The notes under the pieces: generated by a model | What the model saw: the letters and a program-made list of their open reading frames with translations, nothing else | What the model was told of the DNA's origin: nothing | The model's database searches: none | Shown: in pieces, positions 19,644-29,065 of the stretch | How the letters are laid out: each line of letters begins with the position of its first letter | Numbering within the stretch: the first letter of the stretch is position 1 | Program-made: the position numbers and the translations under genes | DNA from: an uncultured Candidatus Saccharibacteria bacterium | Lineage (GTDB): Bacteria > Patescibacteriota > Minisyncoccia > Phycocordibacterales > GWA1-40-21 | Length of the DNA: 64,000 bases | Assembly (NCBI GenBank): GCA_964605355.1 | Contig: CAZSCE010000001.1 | Span: 103 to 64,102, forward strand | Reading direction: 5' to 3'

Positions 19644-21293
19644 CTATTTCTTATGTTTTGTGGAAGCCCGGATAAAAGCGGTGAAAAGTGGGTGGGGGGC
19701 CAGAGGGCGGGCGAGGAATTCGGGGTGGAACTGGGTACCAAGGAAGAAAGGGTGCTGGGATTTTGGGAGTTCGGCAATTTCCATCAGGATTCCATCCGGT
19801 GATTTACCAGAAAATACCAAACCAGCATCTGTGAGCTTCTTTATATAATCTGGATTTACTTCATAACGGTGACGGTGACGCTCCTCTACCGCATCTTTCC
19901 TGTATGCTTCATAGGCCACTGTTCCCCTGCTCAAAACCGCTTCATAAGCCCCCAGGCGCATACTTCCCCCATAATTCCCCTCAGCGATCTTTTTCTTCTG
20001 GTCCGGCATAATATCAATCACCAAGGCGCTTGATTTTGGATTTATCTCTGCCGTATTGGCATCCCGCAATTTCAAAACATTTCTGGCGTATTCAATAACC
20101 AAAAGTTGCATACCATAACAAAGTCCAAAATAAGGAATTTTATGTTCGCGCGCGTATTTAATTACGGAAATAATTCCCTCTATCCCGGTAGAGCCAAATC
20201 CACCTGGCACTAATATACCGTCATATTTACTGAGATCTTTTAGTTTTTTTGGATCCTTTTCAAAAGTTTGTGAACCAATATAATGAAGTTTCATCTTATG
20301 ATTCAGTTTGTAGGCAGAATATTTCAAAGCTTCCAAGACAGAAATATACACATCGGAAAGAATAAAATCTCCAGAGCTAAAGTATTTCCCCACCACCGCA
20401 ATATTCACTTCTTTTTTAACTGATTTTGATTTTTTCACAAAAGCTTGCCATGGTCCAAAATCTAACGGCTTTTTCTTCAAATCTAGTTTTAAAACTTCTG
20501 CCAGAACAGCGCTCAAATTATCCCGCTCAAAATTAATTGGCACATCATAAATACTTTCTACATCCGGTGCTGAGATAACCCCCTCCGGCTTGATATTACA
20601 AAACATGGCTATCTTATCTTTTCTCTTTTGATCCAAGGGGACTGAGGCGCGGGCAATAATCACATCTGTCTGAATACCGGCGCTGTTTAAAGTACGGGAG
20701 GCATACTGAGTAGGCTTGGTTTTCATCTCGCCAATTTTTGAGGGAATAGGTAAATAACTAACCATCACAAAAGCCACATCATCATGTGACTTACTTTTCA
20801 TCATACGGGCGGCCTCTAGGAAAAGCATATTTTGATACTCACCTATTGTCCCGCCAATCTCAATAATGGTTATGTCCGCATTGGCCTTATCAGAAGCGTG
20901 CTCTATCCTCTTTATTATTTCAAAAGGAATGTCCGGCACCACCTCCACATTTTTTCCTTTGTATTCCAAATTTCTCTCTTTCCTGATTACTTCCTGATAC
21001 ACCCGGCCGGTGGTCATATAATTTGTCCTGGTCAATGAAACATTGAGAAACCTTTCATAGTTTCCCATGTCCTGATCACATTCATCACCATCTTCCAGCA
21101 CAAATACTTCACCATGCTCCGTGGGGTTCATGGTGCCCGCATCCACATTAATATATGGATCAATTTTAATCATAGTCACCACAAATCCTCTAGCCTTAAA
21201 AATAGCCCCTATTGATGATGCGGCAATTCCTTTACCCACGCCGGACATCACCCCACCTGTTACGAAAATGTATTTATGTATTTTATTATTCAC
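19644..21293 (-). CDS. pyrG: CTP synthase
   Basis: FVTGGVMSGVGKG, DPYINVDAGTM, GLCYGMQ, QFHPE. Confidence 0.98.
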   Translation of the reverse strand: MNNKIHKYIFVTGGVMSGVGKGIAASSIGAIFKARGFVVTMIKIDPYINVDAGTMNPTEHGEVFVLEDGDECDQDMGNYERFLNVSLTRTNYMTTGRVYQEVIRKERNLEYKGKNVEVVPDIPFEIIKRIEHASDKANADITIIEIGGTIGEYQNMLFLEAARMMKSKSHDDVAFVMVSYLPIPSKIGEMKTKPTQYASRTLNSAGIQTDVIIARASVPLDQKRKDKIAMFCNIKPEGVISAPDVESIYDVPINFERDNLSAVLAEVLKLDLKKKPLDFGPWQAFVKKSKSVKKEVNIAVVGKYFSSGDFILSDVYISVLEALKYSAYKLNHKMKLHYIGSQTFEKDPKKLKDLSKYDGILVPGGFGSTGIEGIISVIKYAREHKIPYFGLCYGMQLLVIEYARNVLKLRDANTAEINPKSSALVIDIMPDQKKKIAEGNYGGSMRLGAYEAVLSRGTVAYEAYRKDAVEERHRHRYEVNPDYIKKLTDAGLVFSGKSPDGILMEIAELPKSQHPFFLGTQFHPEFLARPLAPHPLFTAFIRASTKHKK

Positions 21294-21325
21294 TTTTTAT
21301 AAATTAACTAATAAATTTTACAGAA

Positions 21326-21351
21326 GAAAACCGCCTTTTCGGGGGCGGTTC
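21326..21351 (-). terminator. probable intrinsic terminator after rplU
   Basis: AACCGCC-ttttcgg-GGCGGTT with T-run on minus strand. Confidence 0.6.
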
Positions 21352-21668
21352 TACTTGATGGCGTCAATTTTGATTTTAAAGAATGGCTGGCGGTGGCCGT
21401 TTTTCTTGAAATAGCGGCTCTTTTGTTTAAAGTGAATAACGGTGATTTTCTGAGCGCGGCCTATTTCCTCTAGGGTAGCCTTTACCTCGGCGCCTTTAAT
21501 GGTAGGGGTGCCAATGGTGGTGTCTTTGCCATTATCTACCAAGAGAACCTGGTCAAAAGTAAGCTTGTCACCTACGGCAAATTTACCGGTGATTTTCTCA
21601 ATTTTAAGAGTATCTCCCACGGAGACTTTATATTGCTTTCCACCTGTTTTTATCACGGCAAATTCCAT
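21351..21668 (-). CDS. rplU: 50S ribosomal protein L21
   Basis: FAVIKTGGKQYKV, GHRQPF. Confidence 0.97.
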   Translation of the reverse strand: MEFAVIKTGGKQYKVSVGDTLKIEKITGKFAVGDKLTFDQVLLVDNGKDTTIGTPTIKGAEVKATLEEIGRAQKITVIHFKQKSRYFKKNGHRQPFFKIKIDAIK

Positions 21669-21719
21669 AAGGTGTATATTACACGATTTTTAAATAAATG
21701 CAAGAACAAGGCAATAATT

Positions 21720-21782
21720 GTTTGATTTTAAAATGTCTGGTTGAGCCGTTCTATGGGCGACCCGAGGACTTTTAAAATTAAA
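21720..21782. repeat. 63-bp inverted repeat, left copy (family B)
   Basis: reverse complement of 22937-22999 apart from substitutions in an 8-nt loop. Confidence 0.9.
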
Positions 21783-21802
21783 TAATTATTGCCCTGTTCG
21801 TA

Positions 21803-22864
21803 TTATTCTTCCGTCTCTGGGCGGGAAACCTCCAGTAATTCAATGTCTGATTCTACGCCAGTGATGCGCACCACATCTTTATCAATCTTTTTAAATTCTT
21901 TATTGGACGCATTAAAATGATTCACGGTGGTGGCCAGGGCATTACCCAGCTTGCCTTGATACTCCTCAAAGGTCTTTAAATGCTTTTGCAGACCCTCTAC
22001 ATTCTTCCTTATTTCCATAGCACTTTCCTCTATCTGCATAGCCTTTAGGCCCTGCAAAACAGTCTGCAAATAAGCTAAAAATGAAGTGGGTGACACAATT
22101 ATCACCTTGTATTTATTGGCCGCGCGCTGAATTAAATTATCCGTTTCCTCCGTAATAGCCCCAATTTTATTTACCAGTAAATCATAATAAATAGCCTCGT
22201 GCGGGATGAACATAAAGGCAAAATCCATGGTTCCCTCTTTAGGCCGAATATATTTTGAGGTTTCTTGGATGCGTAATTTCAAATCATTTACAAAAGCTTT
22301 TTCCAGCTTTTCTTTTTCCTGTGGATTCTGCTCCACACTTAATTTATTATAATTCTCCAAAGAAAATTTGGAGTCCACGGGGATTATTTTTTCTTTCACA
22401 AAAACGGCGGCGTCCACTATCTCACCATTAGCAAAAGCATATTGCATTTTATATTGCGTGGGTGCTAAAACATTTTGTAAAAGAGTTTCTAGATAATATT
22501 CACCCAGTATTCCGCGGTGCTTTGGGTTCTTTAAAATATCCTGGAGGGACTGGAGCTGATCCGCAAAACTAACTACTTGTTTATTTGTCTCATCTAGTTT
22601 AGTCAGGCCTTGGGTCACATCCTTTATTAACTTAGCTGATTCACTAAACTGATTCCTAACTGATTCATTCATATGCTTGGCATTCTCACTAATTTTACTA
22701 TCCATAGTGCGGGAGAGCTCATTTATCTGCTGTAAAATAAGGTTTAGGCCGGTATCGTCCTTCTTTTCCTCAGCGGGGGTCTTCTTACTATTTATATTTA
22801 GCCAAATAAGAATAGCTAATGCCAGAAAAACTAATATTAAAACAATAATTATAATTATTTCCAT
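21803..22864 (-). CDS. rmuC: DNA recombination protein RmuC
   Basis: N-terminal TM, coiled coil, RGILGEYYL, VDSKF, DFAFMFIPHE, VSPTS; start moved to ATG 22864. Confidence 0.9.
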   Translation of the reverse strand: MEIIIIIVLILVFLALAILIWLNINSKKTPAEEKKDDTGLNLILQQINELSRTMDSKISENAKHMNESVRNQFSESAKLIKDVTQGLTKLDETNKQVVSFADQLQSLQDILKNPKHRGILGEYYLETLLQNVLAPTQYKMQYAFANGEIVDAAVFVKEKIIPVDSKFSLENYNKLSVEQNPQEKEKLEKAFVNDLKLRIQETSKYIRPKEGTMDFAFMFIPHEAIYYDLLVNKIGAITEETDNLIQRAANKYKVIIVSPTSFLAYLQTVLQGLKAMQIEESAMEIRKNVEGLQKHLKTFEEYQGKLGNALATTVNHFNASNKEFKKIDKDVVRITGVESDIELLEVSRPETEE

Positions 22865-22936
22865 ATGTAGAGTATTATACCAATTAAAGGCAAAATGTGA
22901 TAGTATTTTAAGTATATAAGCACGGAAGTAAAGATG

Positions 22937-22999
22937 TTTAATTTTAAAAGTCCTCGGGTCGCCAACAGTAAGGCTCAACCAGACATTTTAAAATCAAAC
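22937..22999. repeat. 63-bp inverted repeat, right copy (family B)
   Basis: TTTAATTTTAAAAGTCCTCGGGTCGCC-N8-GGCTCAACCAGACATTTTAAAATCAAAC. Confidence 0.9.
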
Positions 23000-23027
23000 C
23001 TCTCTACTTCCTTAATAATATATTACG

Positions 23028-23483
23028 ATGTCATTACAACAAACTATGCGTGATGGGATAAAGGCAGCCATGATTGCCAAAGATGCAGTCCGGCTAACCG
23101 TGCTCCGTGGCTTGATTTCTGCTTTTACTAATGAATCAGTGGCCAAGGGTAAAACCCCTCAGGATGAATTAGCAGATGAAGATGCTGTAGCAGTTATAAA
23201 GCGCGCGGTCAAACAAAGAAAAGATTCCATTGATCAATTTACCAAAGGCAACAGACTGGATTTGGTGGAGACTGAAAATGCGGAATTAAAAATTTTAGAA
23301 ACTTTCTTGCCGCAAACTATGAGTAAAGAGGACATCAAAAAAATTGCCGAAGCAAAAAAAGCAGAACTGGGCGTTACTGATAAAGCTGGTATGGGTAAAT
23401 TTATGGGCGCGGTGATGAAGGAACTAAAAGGCAAAGCAGATGGTAATGATGTAAAAGAAGTTATAGAAAGCTTGTTTAATTAA
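23028..23483 (+). CDS. yqeY: GatB/YqeY domain protein
   Basis: KAAMIAKD, KQRKDSI, MGKFMGAVM, GKADG. Confidence 0.9.
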   Translation: MSLQQTMRDGIKAAMIAKDAVRLTVLRGLISAFTNESVAKGKTPQDELADEDAVAVIKRAVKQRKDSIDQFTKGNRLDLVETENAELKILETFLPQTMSKEDIKKIAEAKKAELGVTDKAGMGKFMGAVMKELKGKADGNDVKEVIESLFN

Positions 23484-23492
23484 AATAATATT

Positions 23493-23759
23493 ATGAAGGA
23501 AGAACAACTGGATTTTTTAGGTAAATTACTACCCACTGACGTGATAGGTCTGACCGATAATCAGATTCATGCACTGGCAAATAATCACGAGTCTACCGTG
23601 GAAGGAAGAATGCTTTCACCTGAGAAGGCTGCCGTCAACGCAATGGGCAGTATGACTTATACTGAAGCTGATTTGGAAAAAGTATTAAACGCTATTAAAA
23701 ATATCCGGAGAGAAGCTGAACGTGAAGATGATAAGGATCTGGAATATTGGAAAAAATAA
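23493..23759 (+). CDS. hypothetical protein
   Basis: 88 aa ORF directly after yqeY, no recognised motif. Confidence 0.55.
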   Translation: MKEEQLDFLGKLLPTDVIGLTDNQIHALANNHESTVEGRMLSPEKAAVNAMGSMTYTEADLEKVLNAIKNIRREAEREDDKDLEYWKK

Positions 23760-23889
23760 AAGATAAGGAGGTTATCGAAGGTCTATTTAGCTAGAATACT
23801 CTAACTTGACAAAACACAATCTTATATTATATACTATAGTCTGGTCTTTAACGTAAACGTAGTATAAACTTCAAAAAATAGGGGGAGAC

Positions 23890-24126
23890 GTGAGTGGATA
23901 TGAACAGCTGGCTCATGAAGCAATGGAGCTTGTAAGAACAGGCGGGTTTTCTCACGAGGTGGCAGCAAAAATGATCTGTCGGTTGAAAGAGATTGTACCA
24001 AGGAATGGTCCCAAGAAGGTATTGAAAGAAATGGAGATACTGTTAAGGGGCCCGGCTCATCCAAGGACAAATCTACGGCAGGAGTCTATTAACCATCAAC
24101 TCCAAAGGGTTGATATATACGGCTAG
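23890..24126 (+). CDS. orphan hypothetical protein with own promoter and terminator
   Basis: TTGACA (23806) and TATACT (23830) upstream, GGGGGAG SD-like motif, hairpin AAGGGTGCTC/GAGCACCCTTTT after stop. Confidence 0.5.
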   Translation: MSGYEQLAHEAMELVRTGGFSHEVAAKMICRLKEIVPRNGPKKVLKEMEILLRGPAHPRTNLRQESINHQLQRVDIYG

Positions 24127-24210
24127 GATCCCAAAGGGTGCTCTCGCAACACGACCGAGCACCCTTTTCTAATTTTGAAAATTTCATAATTAATGCTATA
24201 TTTTCACCAC

Positions 24211-24282
24211 GGCCCTATCGTCTATCGGTTAGGACGGAGCCTTCTCAAGGCTCAAAGCGCGGTTCGATTCCGCGTAGGGTCA
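24211..24282 (+). tRNA. tRNA-Glu (CTC)
   Basis: GGCCCTA/TAGGGTC acceptor stem, GAGCC-TTCTCAA-GGCTC anticodon arm, GGTTCGATTCC T-arm; CCA not encoded. Confidence 0.95.
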
Positions 24283-24318
24283 CAGATTTGTTAAGCCTTA
24301 TTTCATAAGCATTTTTTA

Positions 24319-24582
24319 GTGACGCTATTGGGGACAATGGAACACTTTTTTCTGTGGTATTTTTATGATAGAATGTACCCAATGAAAAAATTACTTAAAA
24401 ACATATTACGGTGGTCATTATATATTATTATAATATTATTGATTTGTAGTATCTTTTACATAAACCGAGGTAAAACTTTTTGTGAAATTAAGCTGACTAT
24501 TCTGGCTGGTCTCCAAAGGAGTGGATATACATCAAATCTATTGTCCCAACCAGAATACATTAAAGAAATGTGCCGAAAGTAG
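24319..24582 (+). CDS. small hypothetical membrane protein (true start probably downstream, at MKKLL)
   Basis: single TM segment; lies just 3' of tRNA-Glu. Confidence 0.4.
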   Translation: MTLLGTMEHFFLWYFYDRMYPMKKLLKNILRWSLYIIIILLICSIFYINRGKTFCEIKLTILAGLQRSGYTSNLLSQPEYIKEMCRK

Positions 24583-24653
24583 TATTTATACCACTTCAAA
24601 CACTCTATTCCACCCCTTCACTATTGTTTCAATAGTGTTCCATTCCAGGCTCT

Positions 24654-24802
24654 GTAGGCTCACAAAAGCTAAAAAAGACTGAACTACTTCAGTCTTTTTC
24701 GCTTTTGTGAAGACGGAAGCATGTTTTTTCAGCAGAAAAAACGGCTGAGTCCGGGGCTGGAGAAATCATTTTCGACGGAAAATGATTTACTGTGGCTCAC
24801 GC
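24654..24802. other. multi-hairpin non-coding element
   Basis: CACAAAAGC..AAAAAGACTGAA/TTCAGTCTTTTT..GCTTTTGTG, TTTTTTC-AGCA-GAAAAAA and AAATCATTTTC/GAAAATGATTT hairpins. Confidence 0.55.
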
Positions 24803-24890
24803 TATTCTGAATGCAAAGCATACCTAATTTTTCTCCTTGCTTTTTTTGTTAAAAAGAGTAATTTAATAAGCAGAACAGTTCTAATAAACA

Positions 24891-25136
24891 ATGGAGGGCT
24901 TTATGTGGTATTTTATTATTAGTCTCTTTATCATATTGTATATTCTCACTATTGGTGGACTTGGTTTTTTTGCACCAATTATTATGTGGGATTTGGGTCT
25001 GAGACTTAGGAAGCTTTCAAATTGGTTCTTCGAACCATCAATTACTTCTTTTGGTTCAAACCAATATTACCCAAGATGGAAATCCGTCTTGAAGGATTGG
25101 GGCTGTTTCTTCACATTTGGTCTATACAAACCATAA
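24891..25136 (+). CDS. orphan membrane protein
   Basis: hydrophobic N-terminus; terminator GAAAAACCGCCT/AGGCGGTTTTTC follows. Confidence 0.45.
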   Translation: MEGFMWYFIISLFIILYILTIGGLGFFAPIIMWDLGLRLRKLSNWFFEPSITSFGSNQYYPRWKSVLKDWGCFFTFGLYKP

Positions 25137-25209
25137 CCGCTCTCACGAGCAAGGAAAAACCGCCTTGCATCTGTGAGGCGGTTTTTCTTTTACCTATTTT
25201 TTAAAAATT

Positions 25210-25626
25210 TTATAACCCCTTCTCTATAAAGAAAGGGGCGTACATTTTATCGGCGGCTAAAATGTGAGTGGCAAGCCATTTGGTAGCAAAATCTGTGACG
25301 TCTTGAGCTAGTTTGTTAATATCTACACTCTCATCTTTTATTCTATCCATATATTCACCCGCCTGAATTCTAAACATGGTATGATATTTCATATGATGAG
25401 CCATATCCGAGTAAGCAAACTGATTAAAATATTTCTCCTCAGTGGCTAAATGATAAAAAGCATAATCTTTTAATTCATTAATGATGATAACTAATTTCTC
25501 TTTCTCTCCCTGCTTTGTATCAAGCATGTCATAAATCTGATTAGCAATCTCAAAAAAATGCTGATGCTGCTCATCTATAATCCCTATTCCCAATTTATAT
25601 TCATCCGTCCAAATAAATTTTGACAT
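25210..25626 (-). CDS. bacteriohemerythrin
   Basis: W..EYKLG, IDEQH, HLATEEKYF, HMKYH, WLATHILAAD di-iron ligand pattern. Confidence 0.92.
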   Translation of the reverse strand: MSKFIWTDEYKLGIGIIDEQHQHFFEIANQIYDMLDTKQGEKEKLVIIINELKDYAFYHLATEEKYFNQFAYSDMAHHMKYHTMFRIQAGEYMDRIKDESVDINKLAQDVTDFATKWLATHILAADKMYAPFFIEKGL

Positions 25627-25695
25627 TTTATTTTAAATTAATCTGATATGCCTTATATAATACCATAGCTAATATCCGCAAACAAATCAAAGAGT

Positions 25696-26991
25696 TTAGC
25701 GAGCCAGCCACTCACTTTCCTGCCTGACTAGCAATTCTATAGCTGTTTCAGGCTCAGCCATCATTTCTTTCACCGCCTTCTCCATCCTGGTGGATTGGGA
25801 TCCTTTAGCAAGAATAATATCGCCTGTTTTTATAATATCTTTCAAATATTTACCTGCCTCAATAGAATTATCAAATTGTAAAACGCTATCTTCATCCAAA
25901 CCAGCATCAATAGCGCTTTCCGCCAGTGTCCTGGATCGTAAACCCACAGTTACTAATAGATCACAGGAGGTAGCGGCTATAATACCAGCTTCCTTATGAG
26001 AGGGAATGGTATGTTTACCCAGCTCCATCATATCGCCCAAAACAGCAATTTTTCTGTTTTTTGTTTTAATGTTTTTTAAAGTATCTAAGGCAGAGGCCAA
26101 GGCTACCGGTGAGGAATTATAAGTATCATCAATGATAGTAGATTTGTTTATTCCTTTTATCAGACTCATCCGGCCTTTTGGGGTACTATAACGAGAAAGG
26201 TTTTCTGTGGCCTCCACTAAATTTAAATTAAGAGTAATACCCACCGCTAAAGCCGCAAGTGAAGAGTAAATGTTATTTTGACCGAGGGTCCCAATTATTT
26301 TCACCGGTAAACAATTACCAGCATATTCCACCTTAAAATAAATACCGAATGGATCAAAGGTATCCTCTTTACTATAAATAGAGTAATTTGTAGCCCTAAC
26401 CTCTGCATCCCCCATCATACCGTAGGTTAAAATATTATTTTGAGTCTTGTTTTTAAAAGCAAATACATCAGCATCATCACTATTCAAGATAAGAGTTCCG
26501 TCATGTTTAAGAGCATCCACCAAATTCCCCTTTTCCGCTATCACTTCCTCTTTTGATTTGAAATATTCAATATGAACCGGCACGTTGGCAAACTTGGTCA
26601 CCACCACAATATCGGGTTTTAGCCACTCTGATATTTTCTTTATATCTCCCGGTCTGTCCGCACCCACCTCCAAAACCAACCATTCTGGATAAGCCTTTTT
26701 AAAAAGAATATATGATAATCCCTGCCAAAAATTTAATAGCCACTTTAGGGGGTTATTCCAGGCATTACTCACGCCCAAAATAGTTAGAGGTACACCAATA
26801 TCACTATTAAAACTTTTTTCACTTTTGCGAGTATGGAATGATTTTGATATTACCGCATAAATAGCGTCCTTGGTAGAAGTTTTACCCACACTACCAGTGA
26901 CTGCTATAATTTTAGGCCGATATTTTTTAAGAATAGCCCGTGCCTCAATCTCTAATATTTTAGCTATAATTTTTTTTAGTATACTTTTCAT
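25696..26991 (-). CDS. murF: UDP-MurNAc-tripeptide--D-Ala-D-Ala ligase
   Basis: VTGSVGKTSTK, IDDTYNSSP, LGDMMELG, AKGS. Confidence 0.92.
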   Translation of the reverse strand: MKSILKKIIAKILEIEARAILKKYRPKIIAVTGSVGKTSTKDAIYAVISKSFHTRKSEKSFNSDIGVPLTILGVSNAWNNPLKWLLNFWQGLSYILFKKAYPEWLVLEVGADRPGDIKKISEWLKPDIVVVTKFANVPVHIEYFKSKEEVIAEKGNLVDALKHDGTLILNSDDADVFAFKNKTQNNILTYGMMGDAEVRATNYSIYSKEDTFDPFGIYFKVEYAGNCLPVKIIGTLGQNNIYSSLAALAVGITLNLNLVEATENLSRYSTPKGRMSLIKGINKSTIIDDTYNSSPVALASALDTLKNIKTKNRKIAVLGDMMELGKHTIPSHKEAGIIAATSCDLLVTVGLRSRTLAESAIDAGLDEDSVLQFDNSIEAGKYLKDIIKTGDIILAKGSQSTRMEKAVKEMMAEPETAIELLVRQESEWLAR

Positions 26992-26992
26992 T

Positions 26993-28723
26993 TTATTCTT
27001 GGGTTAAAGCCTGTCTATCCGGCGCTATATTATAATAATTGATTAAAAACTTTGTTATATCCATAAACGGCATTGTTAGGGTTTGGGAGGCAAAAGGAAC
27101 GCCTTGTGGCTCCACAGTATAAAGGAAAACTAGAAATCTGGGGTTATATGAGGGGAAATATCCAAAGAACGAGTGCAGCCATCTATCATCATAGTACCCT
27201 CCGCCCGGTTTGGCAATCTGGGCAGTACCAGTTTTAGCTGCTACAGAATAGTTTTCCATTTTTACCTTACCGTTCATCAAGGCCTTATCTACCACTACTG
27301 TAAGCATCCGTGATATTTCCTCTGAGGTTTCCTTTTTAATTACTTGCTTGGCTTCATTAATATAAGAAATATTATTAAATAATCCAGTGGAATAATTAAT
27401 TTTTTTAACAACATGAGGAATAATTAATTTACCACCATTAGCTAATATAGATAAGGCGCGCACGGTTTCTATTGGCGTTATAGAAATGCCCTGACCAAAG
27501 GAAGCAGTGGCATATTCAATATCTCTAGGGCTGTTTAAGTTTTCTAGTCTACCGTGATTTTCCCCTGGCAAATCAATTCCCGTTTCTTCAGCCAAACCAT
27601 AGTTACGCATATAATCCGCAAAATTATTTTTACCCATTTTTCTCACCACAAATGACACACCAAGGTTTAAGGATTGATTTAAGACTTCTTGCATGTTCAC
27701 CACACCATGCGGTTTCTTGTCATGATTATAAATAGTAGCAGTATCCAGAGTAAGTGAACCCGTATCATTATAGGTAGTTTCTGCCGTAACTGCTCCTGAA
27801 TCAATTCCAGCCGCCATAGTAAGAGGTTTAATAATAGAGCCCATTTCATACAAGCCTTCTACCAGGGGATCATTAAAAACGCTCAAGTCTTTTTCTTCGC
27901 CAAATTTATTTAAATTATAGGTGGGGTTAACAGCCATGGCATATATTTCACCGGTCATAGGATCAATAATAATTCCACCGCTAAGTTTTGACTTATACTG
28001 AGTAGATATTTCAGCCAGTTTCTTTTCTAAATAGCCCTGAGTGGCGGGCTCTATACTGGTGACTATATCCCCCTCTCTTTTTGAATTATCTGCAATAGTC
28101 TGCTTTATATTTGAAAATATCTCGGCAAAAAAGTTTACATATGACTTGTTACCATCCCTGGACAAAACGTCATTGTAATATTTCTCCAGTCCATATCTCC
28201 CCACCAAGTCATCTCCATCATAACCTACAAAACCTAATATATTGGCAGCGGTATTATCACCAGGATAATAACGCCAGCGCTCTTTTTCAATATTAACCCC
28301 AGCAATATTTAGGGCCTCAATTTTTTTCATTATTTCCTCTGGCACCTGATCGGCAATTTTTTGATAAACGCTTTCTTTCTGACTTACCTTTTGATAAAAA
28401 ATATCAATTTCTATTGGCAATACCGTGGAGAGTAAATTATAAGCATCCTCCGGATTAATAATTTTCTGCGGATTAATAGTAATCAAGTATCCGGTAGTTA
28501 ATGAAGCAGCACCAAGCAGTGTGCCGTCTTTATTTTGCATAAAAATACTTCCCCTATTAAAAATATTATGAGCTGGTGACACATACTGCCTATCCGCTTT
28601 ATCTACATATTCCTGACTATGAATTATTTGAACGTAGTAAAGCCTGACACATAAAACCAAAGCAAAGAACAAGAAACAGAAAAATATAAATCTTATTCTG
28701 TTCTTTTCTCCGTTAGCATTCAT
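26993..28723 (-). CDS. ftsI: class B penicillin-binding protein (FtsI-like)
   Basis: EMGSIIK (SxxK), SLN, KTGT; in mraZ-rsmH-ftsL cluster. Confidence 0.88.
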   Translation of the reverse strand: MNANGEKNRIRFIFFCFLFFALVLCVRLYYVQIIHSQEYVDKADRQYVSPAHNIFNRGSIFMQNKDGTLLGAASLTTGYLITINPQKIINPEDAYNLLSTVLPIEIDIFYQKVSQKESVYQKIADQVPEEIMKKIEALNIAGVNIEKERWRYYPGDNTAANILGFVGYDGDDLVGRYGLEKYYNDVLSRDGNKSYVNFFAEIFSNIKQTIADNSKREGDIVTSIEPATQGYLEKKLAEISTQYKSKLSGGIIIDPMTGEIYAMAVNPTYNLNKFGEEKDLSVFNDPLVEGLYEMGSIIKPLTMAAGIDSGAVTAETTYNDTGSLTLDTATIYNHDKKPHGVVNMQEVLNQSLNLGVSFVVRKMGKNNFADYMRNYGLAEETGIDLPGENHGRLENLNSPRDIEYATASFGQGISITPIETVRALSILANGGKLIIPHVVKKINYSTGLFNNISYINEAKQVIKKETSEEISRMLTVVVDKALMNGKVKMENYSVAAKTGTAQIAKPGGGYYDDRWLHSFFGYFPSYNPRFLVFLYTVEPQGVPFASQTLTMPFMDITKFLINYYNIAPDRQALTQE

Positions 28724-28730
28724 ATATTAC

Positions 28731-29063
28731 TTAATTGTTTCCTGTAACTAGAGACAGACCGGTTGTTTTGGTATCCTTGGTCACAAACTTCTGATTAGAA
28801 ACGGCTATAAAGCCTAAATTTACTGCTAATTCTTGTGTAATACCATTCTTGGCCTTAATATAGTCAGACTCTAAATTAGCTACTTTGGAACTAAGGCTGG
28901 ATAGCTCACTCTCCATATTCTGCCTAGCTACAATATTTACTAAAGCGCCACGAAATAATAAACCGTATGAAATAACGCATAATGTAAGTATGACAAGCAG
29001 AGACCAAAAATATTTCTTATTTGGTTCACAATTATTTATTCTATTTTGTTTTCTGTTTGACAT
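28731..29063 (-). CDS. FtsL-like cell division protein
   Basis: TM plus coiled coil plus AVNLGF, located between rsmH and ftsI. Confidence 0.6.
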   Translation of the reverse strand: MSNRKQNRINNCEPNKKYFWSLLVILTLCVISYGLLFRGALVNIVARQNMESELSSLSSKVANLESDYIKAKNGITQELAVNLGFIAVSNQKFVTKDTKTTGLSLVTGNN

Positions 29064-29065
29064 AT

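Noticed and set aside
24869-24881. 13-mer AGCAGAACAGTTC shared with 58651-58663 (minus strand)
   Set aside because: A single 13-nt match is compatible with chance in a window this size
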